Notes: generated by a model from the sequence alone, not told the origin. DNA of 64,000 nt from Guillardia theta CCMP2712 (GCF_000315625.1 NW_005434670.1:806016-870015); one strand, 5' to 3'. Positions 24,881-37,307 are shown, numbered from the stretch's first letter. A program made the numbers and translations.

Positions 24881-25920
24881 ATAGTCGTCAGGCAGGAGGC
24901 GGAGGATAGTCGTCAGGCAGGAGGCGGAGCAGGCTGTCGGGGCAGGATAGTCGTCAGGCGGGAGGCGGAGCAGGCTGTCGGGGCAGTATAGTCGTCAGGC
25001 GGGAGGCGGAGCAGACTGTCGGGTCAGGATAGTCGTCAGGCAGGAGGCGGAGCAGGCTGTCGGGTCAGGATAGTCGTCAGGCAGGAGGCGGAGCAGGCTG
25101 TCGGGTCAGGATAGTCGTCAGGCAGGAGGCGGAGCAGGCTGTCGGGTCAGGATAGTCGTCAGGCAGGAGGCGGAGCAGGCTGTCGGGGCAGGATAGCCGT
25201 CAGGCAGGAGGCGGAGCAGGCTGTCGGGGCAGTATAGTCGTCAGGCAGGAGGCGGAGCAGGCTGTCGGGGCAGGATAGCCGTCAGGCAGGAGGCGGAGCA
25301 GGCTGTCGGGGCAGGATAGCCGTCAGGCAGGAGGCGGAGCAGGCTGTCGGGGCAGGATAGGCGTCAGGCAGGAGGCGGAGCAGACTGTCGGGTCAGGATA
25401 GTCGTCAGGCAGGAGGCGGAGCAGACTGTCGGGTCAGGATAGTCGTCAGGCAGGAGGCGGAGCAGGCTGTCGGGGCAGTATAGTCGTCAGGCAGGAGGCG
25501 GAGCAGGCTGCCGGGTCAGGATAGTCGTCAGGCAGGAGGCGGAGGATAGTCGTCAGGCAGGAGGCGGAGCAGACTGTCGGGTCAGGATAGTCGTCAGGCA
25601 GGAGGCGGAGCCGCTGAGCAGGCTGTCGGGTCAGGATAGTCGTCAGGCAGGAGGCGGAGCAGGCTGTCGAGGCAGGATAGTCGTCAGGCGGGAGGCGGAG
25701 CAGACTGTCGGGTCAGGATAGTAGGCGGAGCAGGCTGTCGGGTCAGGATAGTCGTCAGGCAGGAGCGGCGGAGCAGGCTGTCGGGTCAGGATAGTCGACA
25801 GGCAGGAGGCGGAGCAGCCTGGATAGCCGTCAGGCAGGAGGCGGAGTAGGCTCAGCCCGGTTTCGGGGCAGGATACTAGTCGTCAGGCAGGAGGGCGGAG
25901 TAGGTGTAGGCTTTCGGGGC
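24881..25920 (+). repeat. 41-bp GC-rich minisatellite (~24 copies) inside the MULE
   Basis: Unit GGATAGTCGTCAGGCAGGAGGCGGAGCAGGCTGTCGGGTCA; consecutive copies start at 25027 and 25068. Variants, truncated units and decay toward the 3' end. Confidence 0.95.
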
Positions 25921-26851
25921 TGACTCCCCGGACACCCCGGATGGGCCCGGTCAAAGAGGGGATGTGGGACTTTTTTCTCCACCCCTCTCTGCTTGGCGTT
26001 TTGGACCCACCCATGTACTGAGATTTTACTACAGGGTATGAGGTATTGGGATGTTTATATCTATTTGTATGTTGTCAGAATATACTATACTTTTATACCA
26101 CCCTCTCAATTTACATCCAAGTGATGGGTGGTCCTTTGATTGTGAAACGAAACGGTTGGTTTCGCACGCGTAGTATAGACCTCAATATGACCGGTTGTTT
26201 TCGGCCTCGTTTTAATATGCTTAACCTACCCGAAGATTTCTGCTGAAAATCTTTTTCCCACTCAAAACTTTAATTGCCCGAGAGATGTTATCTGGGTAGG
26301 GGTCATTGCAGCATGGTTTAAAGGAGTTTTGGTTAGGTGGTGGGGTACATCTGGAAGTAGTGAGGGGGGGTGGGGCTTTTCTCCTCGAATTTTGACTCCA
26401 AGATTCATCCATCGGCGATGAGCGCGGAGCGCGGAAGAAGAGAAGAGGGAGGGAGAGGGAGGGAGAGGGGAGGGAGAGGAAGGGGGGAGGGAGAGGGGGA
26501 GAGACGGGGGGAGGGAGGAAGAGAAGGCTTTACACTGAGATTACATGAAACTAGGCATAGAAACAGGGACGGTGCAGCAAGTAGTAGAATGGATGAGAGG
26601 CTTCGAATCGTCTGTTGCATGGTGACTTTGTGGAGGCAAGAGTGTGATAAGAAAAGGTCGTGGATGATGATTCGATGAAGTAAGGGATTCCAGATATGTG
26701 AGATTTTCGCAAGTCATGCAATGCTTCAAAAGACAAGAATGATTTCCAGCATAGTCTTTTATCAACCGCCAAATGACCTGATCATCAGGGAGCTGTTGGA
26801 TTGAAACGCAGCAGTCTTCAGATGTGAGATAGTGAAAGAGGTGAGACCATC

Positions 26852-29800
26852 ATGCCCAAACTCTATCAGGGCGATTCTGAAGAAGACGGGAACCATTCCT
26901 CGATTTCCAATCGATACTCTGGCGATCTTGGCGAAGCACTCCGATATGAAAATGCCACGGAGACCATACGGAGGTTGCAGTATGAGATGCAGTTATGGAA
27001 GTCAGGGAAGAGTCTTACTAGCGACGAAGAAGAGAGGAGTGACGCCCTCAAAGGGCATGCTGACGCGCGAGCTGATCGCACTGCTCGACGAGAGCAGGAG
27101 AAGAAAGCAGCATACGCTAAGATACAAGAGACGAAGCGGCGCGCGCAGGCCATGCGTGAAAAGATTTCAACGATCAGAAGCTCGATGAGCCCCGGCATGC
27201 CGCCTCCTCTTTCCACCAGCATGCTTTCCAACTCGGGGAAGAAACGGGAAGACGCGATGGAGGAGCATTTGACCAGGCATTTGGACGATTCGCCTGAGGA
27301 AGATGAGCGATGGAAAGATTCTGGGAAGAGGACGGCAGGGATAAACTCTTACAAGGCCCGTCAGCCTAGCACATCGCCCGACAGTCAAGGACGGGCTCAA
27401 CCGGATCACGACGTTGATAGCATCGACAACTACCTCAAGCCCCGGAAACATCGGGGTGAAACGAACCGGGAAGACAAGTGGGCGGCCTCTACGAGGAGCA
27501 ATAGGGGTCAGACATCCTCGAGGTTTGGGGAGGAAGAGGCGCAGAACGAGTCACAACGAGTGAACAAGACGAGAGACACAGCAAGCCCTGGTGATGGGAA
27601 TTCTCCTCTGCCGTCTGGGAGCAGGGCGTTGCACACGGCTGTTCAATCGAGAAAGCCACCAACGAGTCCAAAGGCCGGAGGAGCAGGAGGCGGCAGGCGA
27701 TCGATGAGCCCGAGGGAAGCTCCGACGAAGCTGCCGGAGAGAGAGGAAAGGAGGAGGTCAGAGGAGCAAGACGAGGAGGAGAGGCTCCGGCTGCAGGAGC
27801 GCTCATACAGGGAGATGCGAAGCCGGCAGGCAGCTGGGGGCGGGGATCCAGAGGCAAGAGCCGGAGGAGCAGGAGGCGGCAGGCGATCGATGAGCCCGAG
27901 GGAAGCTCCGACGAAGCTGCCGGAGAGGCTGCTGGAGGGAGCCGGGGAAAGACGATATGAGGAGGAGCAGGAGATGGTAGAGGAAGGATGGAATCTGAAT
28001 GCTCGACGGGAAATGGGAAGGGTGGCTCGGGAAATGGCTGAACTGGAGGACAAGAAGAGCAAAGTAGACTCGCTCGTCCCCCTTGAGCTCCGTCGGTCGG
28101 TTTCTCCTAAGGATGATGGAGAGGCTCAGGAGGAGAGGATGTCGCAGGAGGAGCTGGGGTTGGAAGCTGAAGGGGAGGAGAGGGTGGGCAAGGGCCTTGA
28201 GGAGAGGGATGCGGGTCCGGACGACAGCTCTTCTCGCAAGGGGCTTCATACTTTCCTTGGAGGATGGTTTCCGAATCCTTTCCGGGGAAGAAATTCTCGC
28301 AGCAGCAGGGGGCAAGAGAATGCTGTCGTGAACGATGATCAGAATGAAAGGAGTGTCCTGGGGAGTAAGGAGGAGGGGAGGAAAGAGGAGGGGAGGAAGG
28401 AGGAGGAGGATCTGTTTGGTCACCCCCAGCCAATGGACCAGAGCAGCCTGCCTGAGGTGAATCAGAGCCGGGCTGACCTCGGATGCACCTTGGGCGAAAT
28501 TTCAGCCATCGCCATGCAGAAGACTCCTGCCTCCTCCGACTCGAACTCGCCGGAGTCCATGCGGGAGGAAGTGAACAGAAGGCAAGAGGGTCTTTCGACG
28601 AGAGCAGCTCTGTTTCCTTCCCATCCCGTTCTCATGAGCCGTAGAAAAGCGAAGGGGGACGAAGAGAGGAATGGCAAGCAGGAGCAGGAGCAGCAGGAGC
28701 AGGAGCAGCAGGAGCAGGAGCAGGATGCGACGGACTTGTCGGACAGGAAAGGGCCCTCCGCAAGGAGGAGAACGATTCCAAGCGGACTACCAAAGGTGAG
28801 GAGGAAATGCGAGGATTAGAGGGAGGAAAAGCTGCCGCGTGTAAACTGGAAGGCCAGGTCGACAGGAGCGCTGGAAGGGAGGAGGCAGCAGAGGTTGGTT
28901 GTTGTTGTACATGACGATTGATCTCATGTCCTTGTCTTGTCTTGGCAGGATGGTGTGAGAGGTTTCTTGAAGCTCTAGAGTTGCAGTTGCTCGTTGATGT
29001 GCATGCAAGGTTTCTCACGCGCCGGCAAGACAAGTCACCATGACGGAGAGGTGATGTTGATGTTTGTATCACAGATGAAGTTGATGATGATCGTGATCAT
29101 GTTACTGTTGTTGTTGTCGATCATGTTGATCAAGTTCTTGATGATGATAATCACTTGGTTCTTAATCCTGTCCCCTGTTTGTGTTCTTTTCCCTCACGGT
29201 GTTGCTGGTGCTGATAGTAACTGTATTCTTGCAAGAAACCAATCCTATCTGACTGCATCACAGGCTGTCTCCTTCCCATCAGAATTCGTCTGCATCAAGT
29301 GCCGCTCGTCCTCGAGAATGTTTTCAGCTCTTCGACGCCCCGGGCATCACGTTTGATTCACTTCCTCCAGGAACGGACACGAAGGATGGGAGGTTGCGGG
29401 GATAGAAAAGCTCCGGGCGAGAGAGGAGGACGTGCTGTCTCAGCTGCGGCAGGTGGGGAGAGGTGATCGCTGCAGCTGGAGTCTGACGTGGGTTTGATAG
29501 GAGAACGAGAGGCTGAAGGAGGAGAACAGCAAGTGCGAGAGAAGGGAGAGGAGGAGGAGGAGGAGGATGACGGGTGCCTCAGGTTCAAAGCAGATCTCAG
29601 TGCTTTGTGCTCCCATTCCAAGATGAAGGTAGACGCCTCCCTCTCCCTCTCCTCCCTGTAGTATCCCTCTCACTGTATCCTCCCTCCCCTCCCCCTCCTC
29701 CCCCTCCCTGCTCCCTGCTCCTGCTCCTGCTCCTGCTCCTTCCTCGGCTGATCTCCCATCAGAGTTGATATCGCGCATATGTCCAAGGAGCTCAAGGAGC

Positions 29801-30702
29801 AGGCGGCCATGAAGCGACAGGTAGCGACTGATGATGCTGAAAATTCCGACAAGCGAGCAGGTGGAGCTGCTGAATCTCGAGCTGAAGAGACTGCGAGAGC
29901 AGATCAAGGTGAGAGGAGGAAACATGCACGAGAGGGAGGGAGGAATAGGGTGGGAAGAACAACACGTGGAGTGAAGAAGGCAGTAGCAGGCGGAGCACGA
30001 GCACGAGCAGGGGCAGAAGGAGCAGGAGCAGGAGCAGGAGTAGGAGTAGGAGTAGGAGTAGGAGTAGGAGCATCTTTGACAAGCACTTTGTGCAGATCGA
30101 GGGGAAACGTGAAGTAACGAAGAGAGAAAGGTATCTCCCTCCCTCCAATCCTCTCACCTCATTTGACCTCCTCCCTCCCTCTCGCATTCTGTATGGATCC
30201 TTCCTCCTCCTTCTTCCTCTCCCTCCTCCCTTCGCTCCTACTCAATCTTGTTCTCTTTTCAGCTTCACGGGCAGCGGAACGTCGACCTCCTCCGAGGAGA
30301 ATCGGCAGCTGAAGGAGAGACTCGAGTCGATGGCTTTAGAGATAGACAGCTTGAGGTGCACGAGGAGGAGGAGGAGGAGGAGGAGGAGGACGAGGACGAG
30401 GACGAGGACGAGGAGGAGGAGGAGGAGGAGGAGGAGGAGGAAGAGATATCTGATCATTTTCTACAGGTCCAGACATTGACAACCGAGCAAGCACTTCCTC
30501 CAAGTAAGAGAACTAAGTCATCCTTTCCTTCTCTCCTCCACTACAGCTCTCATCTGCTCTCTCCTCTTGCTCTCTTCTCTTCTCTGCTCCCTTTTCTCCT
30601 ATGCTCTGCTAACTTGTGTCTTTTCCTCCTATTCTTCTCCTTTGCTCCTGCTCGCACTTGCACCTACACCTGCAACCGTGTGATCCTTGGTTTTCCTCGT
30701 CC

Positions 30703-30748
<46 letters not shown>

Positions 30749-31678
30749 TCTCGTTCTCGTCCTTCTCGTTCTCGTCCTCGTCCTCCTCGTCCTCGCCCTC
30801 CTCCTCTTCTCTTCGTTCCGCAGGGTGTACAAAATCCTCCCTCGGGGGCATGTCGCACGTGAAGCTCATCCGATCCTGAGGAGTCAAAAGTGAACGACAG
30901 GAGGGAATTTAACAAGTTGAAAGAAGTTTAACAAGTCAACTTGAGCAAGACGAGAGAAGATATAAAGAGACGCAAACAGTAAANNNNNNNNNNNNNNNNN
31001 NNNNNNNNNNNNNNNNNNNNNNNNNNNNNNNNNNNNNNNNNNNNNNNNNNNNNNNNNNNNNNNNNNNNNNNNNNNNNNNNNNNCTCTCAACCCTTTCCCA
31101 ATCTCCTGCTGCTCCCTCCAATTCTCCTCCTCCTCCTCCTCCTCCTCCTCCTCGATAATCCTCTTTATCATCCTCATCCTCATCCTCATCCTCATCCTTC
31201 TCTACCTCTTCCCTTCCCCTCCCCGCCCTCTATACTCTCCTTGTCTCGTCTCTCTCTCCCTCTCTCCTTCACCTGCTGTGTCCTCCTCCTCAATCGTTTC
31301 CTAGCAGAAGAGCATTCACAAGACTCCGTCGGAGATCGGAATGATTCTCATGCCTTCCGACGATCAGACCAGGTGAATACAAGATAGTTCCAAACACCAT
31401 CATCATCATTACCATCATCATCATCATAATCATCATCATCAGCAGCAATAACAAGAGTAACATCATCATCATCTATCTCAACAACAAAAGTGACAATGAC
31501 AATGACAATAACATCACAAACCAAATCACAAGCAAACAATCACTCAAAGACACCCACAACAGATCAACGTGACAAAACCAACAAGCTGACTGGCGATCAT
31601 GTTGCCATGGTTTGCAGAGACTTCGTCGTCACGGCTGATGTGGTTTGCAACGAAGACGAATCGGATTCTTCAGTGTGA
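26852..31678 (+). CDS. Large low-complexity, charged coiled-coil hypothetical protein; multi-exon, spans an N-gap; may start at ATG 26418
   Basis: 655-aa ORF 26852-28819 with an internal duplication (AGGAGGGRRSMSPREAPTKLPER twice), followed by short coiled-coil exons separated by SSR-filled introns. Ends uncertain. Confidence 0.5.
30984..31083. other. Assembly gap (100 N)
   Basis: Run of n. Confidence 1.
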
Positions 31679-31763
31679 AGGCAAGGCGGCAAGAAAAGGA
31701 CATTTGCTTTATTGATTGAATAAACGTGTGATGAATAAGATTCTACAAGTCAAACAGGCTGAT

Positions 31764-33081
31764 TTAAACATTCAAAAGCTCACGATCCACCTCCTCCCTC
31801 TTCTCTGAATTCTCTACTGAGTGAAAAGTGCTTGTCAGGTACTGTTTGTTTTCTCCTCCCTCCTCTCCTCTCCTCTCCCTTCCTCCATCTTTCCTCTCAG
31901 CATCATACACAAACATATCGACTGAGCGTTGCGTCAAACTGTTTGCTCTTTCCGTTGTCGCAGTACCAGTCGCAGTCGTTACTGCAACACAGTAAGAACT
32001 TCTCACTCAAGGGGATTTTTCTTCCCTTCCCCCTTTCCCACCCCTGCCTCGCTCTCGTCCTCGTCCCTCCCACTCCTCCTTCCTCTCTTGCTTGCTGCGG
32101 TCTGACTTGTCCTTCTGTTCTAACATCCTCCCCCTTCTCTCACCCGTTCACTCCCGACGAGTTGTAGATCGCGTTTGTATCGCACGCGTTGGTACAGGGA
32201 ACGCACTGCGACAGCGGTAAAGCAGGAGAAGCAAGAAGAGGAGAGGAGGAAGAGAGAGGAGAAAAGGCGAGCGAAGTAGGAGAGAGAGGCAGGGAAGAAG
32301 AGCAGGACGAAGAGAACAAGAGGAGAAAGGGAGGAGGAGGAGGGGGCAAGAGGAGGAGAGGAGGGGGAGGAGAAAAGAAGGAGGAGAGGGGGGAGGAGGA
32401 GAGGAGGAGGATGAGGAAGAAAGAAGGAGTGGAAAAGGAGACAAGAGGAGGAGGAGGACGAGGACGAGGACGAGGACGAGGAGGAGGAGGAGAGGAGGAG
32501 GAGGAGGAGGAGGAGGAGGACGAGGAGGAGGAGGAGGAGGAGGAGGAGGACGAGGAGGAGGAGGAGGAGGAGGAGGAGGAGGAGGAGGAGGAGGAGGAGG
32601 AGGAGGAGGCAAGTTTTGAAGCTGGCTCAATTGGTTAACGAACCTGCCCTGGAGTTGTGTCGCGATATTCCAGAACGCAGGAGCTGGAGCAGGGCGACCT
32701 GAACTCGCCGATAGGACAGGAGCTCATCCAGTGATAAGTCCATCCGCTCTGAGATCACAGTGAGAAGAAAAGAGGATCAGCGGAGGAGGAGGAGGAGGAG
32801 GAGAGGAGGAGGAGAGGAGGAGGAGAGGAGGAGGAGAGGAGGAGGAGAGGAGGAGGAGAGGAGGAGGAGGAGGAGGAGGAGGAGGAAAGGAGGAGGAGGA
32901 GGAGGAGGGAGAGGAGAGGAGGGGAGGAGGACAGGAGACAGGAAGGGAGGAGAGATTCAGGCATCGTGCAGAGAAGTTGAGACAAGAAGGATGGAACCTG
33001 ATTGACAACTTGAACATCTGAGCACACATGACATTGTACCCCTGTGGATGTGCAGGAGGAATACTCCCACATTCGGCATCT

Positions 33082-33172
<91 letters not shown>

Positions 33173-35268
33173 AAGTAAGTGCAGGAAGTGCAGGAAGAGG
33201 AAAAACAGGTAGCAGTGGGATCGAGGCAGGACAAGGAGCAGAGGGGGAGGGGGGAGAGAAGGAGGGGAAGACAGTCAGAACACCATGGCTCCATCTCTTT
33301 CCAGGATCGCTCACGCTGTCACCATCACGATCGAGTGGTTCTGTCCGAACTCCATCCTCGGGGACGCCGGCAGCCCCTCGGCATTCTTGCAAGCATCTAC
33401 AGGACGATCAAGTCGCAACCCTCCCCCCCCTCCGCTCTCACCCCGCAGATCTCCCCCGAGACAGTCGCCCGACTGCGCCGTCGTCCTCGCAACGCACGTT
33501 GAGTTGACTCGGATGTACCCGCTAGACGAGCTCGTCAGCGCCTCGCTCCCACTGCCCGTCGACTCACTCGTTACATCTCCAGGGGCACACTGGGCACCCG
33601 TCTCCCGGTCCTCCTGGCCCCATCCTCTCACTCCTCCCCTCCTCTGCCACCGCAACGCACCAGGTCCGCTGTAGTTGGCGTTGTCAGGCTGTACAAGTCA
33701 CACCAGTCAGTCCCCCATCTGCTGCCTGCCGGCCGCTGGTCATACCAGGGAGTTGCCACATCTAGAGCACTGAGATCCGTCCTTGTAGTACCCGCTCATA
33801 CACGTCCACCCGCACGCATTCCTGCAGCATCAGCACACGAGGGTCACGAGCAAACCAAAACTCATTCGCGCTCACGAGTCGTAAGGGATGCCTGGAGGGG
33901 GGCAGTCAGCAAACCGCCAGCAACAACCCTCAGCCCCATCATCAAGGATCACCGGGGGAGCTGTAAACAGAGTTCTCCGGCTTGGAGTTGGTGCAGGCGG
34001 TGCAAACTCCGTCATGAGTCTCGTTGCAGGCGGTCCTGCCGGAACAGCTCAGCACAACACGGAGGTCGTCCGCGTCCCAGGACGTGAGCACCTGAAGTGA
34101 CCGACGGGACAAGGAGCAGTGGTGCAGTTGACGCACTGTCCCAGCTGTTCAACCGTGCAAACGTTCAGCAGACGGCGGGAAACAACCCACGAGCATCCCA
34201 CCTCGTTCATCCTGGTGGAGGCGCTGCAGACGTAGGAACAGCTGTCAGGGAGGTTCATCGTGACCTGTCCATATCTCGTCACAGCTCTTGGCATGCATCG
34301 TAAGGTCCCTCATGCCTGGCACGTCGCATTGCGAATGATCGCAACGTTCCTCTCGAGTGAAAAGCACGAGTAGCTGAAACCCCAGGCTGTCTTCAGCTGA
34401 CTGGACTGGGCATGCTCCGCAATGATCGTGTACAAGGCTCCACGCTGGACAACGAAGGAGCTGGCTAGGACGCGGGTTACGTTCACGAGCTCGTCCTCGA
34501 TCCGGAAAAGCTTCCCCGCAAACTCCGCCGGTACAGTCAGCGAAATAGTACTCCTTAAGTCCGTCCCTAACAGCTGTCCGGGAACATTGAACCCACTGTC
34601 GCTCTACGAGCCATGCCTCGTCAGCGCCTTGAACCATGTTCATGCCTCTCTCACCACATCAGTCGTGCTGTTCACCCCCGAGCTCGTGTACTCGGCCCGC
34701 GAAGGAGCGTTGCGGCACGGCAAGCACTCCCCGTCTTTGATAGCAGTGCAGTTCGAGTAGTAGCCAGTCGGACAAGAGCTGGGAAAGGAAATGGTGTCAG
34801 CTCGACTTTAAAGGACTGGGAACGTTCAGTCGACCTGCAGGGTATGCAGCTGGAGTCTGTGACGTCCTTGTATGTTCCAAAAGGGCATGGGACGCACCCC
34901 TGTCCGTCCTCGAAGTACCCTGGGACGCACACGCAGTCGGTCAAGTTGGTGCTGCCTGCCGGGGCGGAGGTGAAGGCAGGACATGGCAGACACTCAGTCC
35001 CGTTGTAGTAGGTGTTCTCGCCACAGGAGGAGGACAAGAGCCTCCTCTCAGTCCCCGTCGTGCCAGCCTGCGATTCCGCTTTTTTTGCCGATCGTTTCCC
35101 TCTTAACAAGCTTCTCACTTGTGAGAACGGTTTCCATCGCCCTTGCCTGTCTGCCTGCACGTCTCCCATGCCTCCTCCCTTCGTCTCATCAGCGTCAGCT
35201 GCTCCTGTCAACGCCAACGCCGCCAACGCGGCCACAGCCAACATACTCCTGACCGCCCACCACCGCAT
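31764..35268 (-). CDS. Secreted or cell-surface cysteine-rich repeat protein (TNFR/GCC2-GCC3/ephrin-receptor-like repeats), multi-exon
   Basis: Signal peptide MRWWAVRSMLAVAALAALALTGAADA; CLPCPAFTSAPAGSTNLTDCVCVPGYFEDGQGCVPCPFGTYK; further CxxC-rich exons (CVNCTTAPCPVGHFRCS, CNETHDGVCTACTNSKPENS). Confidence 0.75.
32340..33170. repeat. (GAG)n, (GAGGAC)n and (GGAGCA)n purine-rich microsatellite tracts within introns
   Basis: Directly visible at about 32450-32610, 32780-32930 and 33082-33170. Confidence 0.9.
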
Positions 35269-35500
35269 TGTCCTTCCCCACCCTTCTGGCCCTACCCGGC
35301 ACATACGAGCACTACCCCTTAATTATCTATCATTTCATCTCTGAAAGTACCGGTACGTAAGATCACCCCACCCATCCTGGAACTGACAACTTTCAGGTTT
35401 GACAAGCGGCTGTTCCTTGGAAGAGCCTCCGGTCTCCCGGGTACTGTGGTTACTTCTAGGTCTACCAGATTCCGCGGTCAACCACCTTGGGACGCAAACG

Positions 35501-37307
35501 ATGGCATCAGTCGTGCTCGTGACAGGAGGAGCGCGAAGCGGGAAGAGCGGTAAGAGGAGGAGAAGATGGAGAGAGGTGGAGGGGGAAGGAGTGGAAGAGA
35601 CGAGATGATGGGATCAAGAGGAGGAGAGGAGGACAGGACGTTTAATCGCGACTGAGAGATGATCGCGAGCTGGGATCGTCGCCATGGCTGGCAAGAGTTG
35701 CTGATTTGCTCGCAGGCTATGCTCAGAAGTTCTGTGAGAAGATCTGTGAGCAACCAGTATATGTAGCGACTGCTAAGGTCTGGGACAAGGAGATGAAGGA
35801 GCGCATCTCAAAGTAAGCGGCTTCAATCCTGATATGCCACATCTCAGGCATTAACCTGCATGCGCAGGCACGTTGCCGACCGGGGTCCGAACTGGAAGAC
35901 AATAGAATGCAACCTGAATCTCAGTGAGAATGTAAACCTCCGATCTTCATCCACATTCCTGCTGGAGGCGCCTTGTTGATACCTTTCCAGGCTGAGCAGT
36001 TCAGCGGTAAAGCTGTAATGGTCGACTGCCTGACGTTGTGGTTGACAAACTTCTTCCTGGAGGAGGGAGCGTAAGTGTTGTTGATGTTACGGAGACCCGA
36101 TGACAGTCTGATCAGCTTCTCGATGCCCAAGACTGACGATGAGAACGTGACTGTGAGCAGCGACACGAAGGCTTCAGAGCTGGTAGGACTCATCCTGCTC
36201 CTTTGCCCTCTTGACTGTGCCCAGGCCTTGCAGAAGGTGAAACAAGAGTTTGACAAGCTCGTCTCGCAGTGGGATGTTACCTTCGTCAGTGCTCCCAACC
36301 ATAGGCGCCGGTCTCTCACAGCACTGTCAGGTGTTTGTGACGAATGAGATCGGTTCCGGAGTTCATCCCGAACACACCATGAGCCGGGCCTTCGTTGATT
36401 GCCAGGTCTCCCTGATCACTCTGCCTCCTCCGCTGACTGGGAAGGAAGGGATGGCTCAACCAACATGTCTCAGCCCGTGCAGACAGAGTTGTGCACATGG
36501 TCGCGGGCCAACCACACATGATCAAGGTAGACCTCCCTGCTCTCGCGCTCTGCGTCATACATCTGCAGCAACCGAGGCCTGTTGATGTTCCGTGCTTCTT
36601 GCCTCTCGATGCAGAGATGAAGATTGAACAAGCAAGCTTGGATCAGGTTGGTGAACAATTGTGTTCTAAAACCAGCTCATGCCCTGCACCGACAGCTCTT
36701 ATCTACCCGAAGGATGCAGATGGAGCCTGAAGGTAACCTTCACTCGGATGCTCGCCGTGTCTTCCTTGCACTTGTCCTTGATCCTCCTCCCCCTCACAGG
36801 ATATTTCCTGGTGAGCGTCGACAGGAACATTCATCGGATCTGTGCCGAGTGAGCTTGCAACTCGTTGGCAGCTACTGTCACTGACAGCACCAAGGTTCTA
36901 CTCGTGCATCTTGGACGATCAAGGGCGAGTTTGTGACCTTGAGGGGAACGTGATCCCGTGCGATGTATCTTTCGCATTCTCCCCTGATCCTGCTTGCGAG
37001 CTGAGAGTGCCTTGCAGGCGGACAGGAAGGTCCCGCCGGTCAAGCGCTTCGAGGGGAGGACAGCGAAAGAGCTAGCGGTAAGACAAAGCGACAGTAGATG
37101 TGTATGATGGGCATCGACTGAGTTCTGATAGGTCATGGTGTTCGAGAAGTGGCCTGCTTGCCCCCTCAAGTCGCTCGTGCATGCATCGTGAGCTCCTTGG
37201 CTGCCGTCCCCCCCTCCCGCTGATCGTTGTGGAGCAGATACCTAGGGAGAGAGTTCCAGAAAGCTGAACTTGCCCTCATCCATGGATTCAAGTACGAGCA
37301 GGATTAG
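35501..37307 (+). CDS. cobU: Adenosylcobinamide kinase / adenosylcobinamide-phosphate guanylyltransferase (CobU/CobP) fused to a C-terminal DUF4346-type domain; 15 exons, 329 aa
   Basis: Exons 35501-35549, 35716-35812, 35868-35931, 35991-36070, 36116-36182, 36225-36284, 36331-36405, 36449-36526, 36569-36646, 36696-36732, 36800-36848, 36895-36964, 37018-37077, 37132-37187 and 37238-37307 total 990 nt in frame, all introns GT-AG. CobU motifs: LVTGGARSGKS, YVATA, EMKERISKHVADRG, VDCLTLWLTN, FVTNEIGSG, FVDCQGWLNQ, ADRVVHMVAGQP. DUF4346-like: EPEGYFLV...FEGRTAKEL...HASYLGREFQKAELAL...YEQD. Confidence 0.9.

Larger units (their letters stand above)
22494..26279 (+). mobile_element. Mutator-like DNA transposon (MULE), internally deleted derivative, 3786 bp
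   Basis: TIRs GGGCAATTAAAGTTTTGAGTGGGAAAAAGATTTTCAGCA (39 bp perfect, ~57 bp imperfect) start at 22494 and end inverted at 26279. Flanks TAGAGATGTT (22484-22493) and GAGAGATGTT (26280-26289) form a 10-bp TSD with one mismatch. MULE-type protein fragments inside. Confidence 0.9.

Noticed and set aside
24881-25920. CRISPR-like array
   Set aside because: Units are contiguous with no unique spacers, there are no cas genes, and the context is eukaryotic. It is a minisatellite.
29440-33400. Many poly-E/P/L/S/R ORFs
   Set aside because: They are translations of intronic (GAG)n and (GGAGCA)n microsatellites.
35501-37307. Bacterial contamination as the source of cobU
   Set aside because: The gene has 14 spliceosomal introns and sits among eukaryotic genes.
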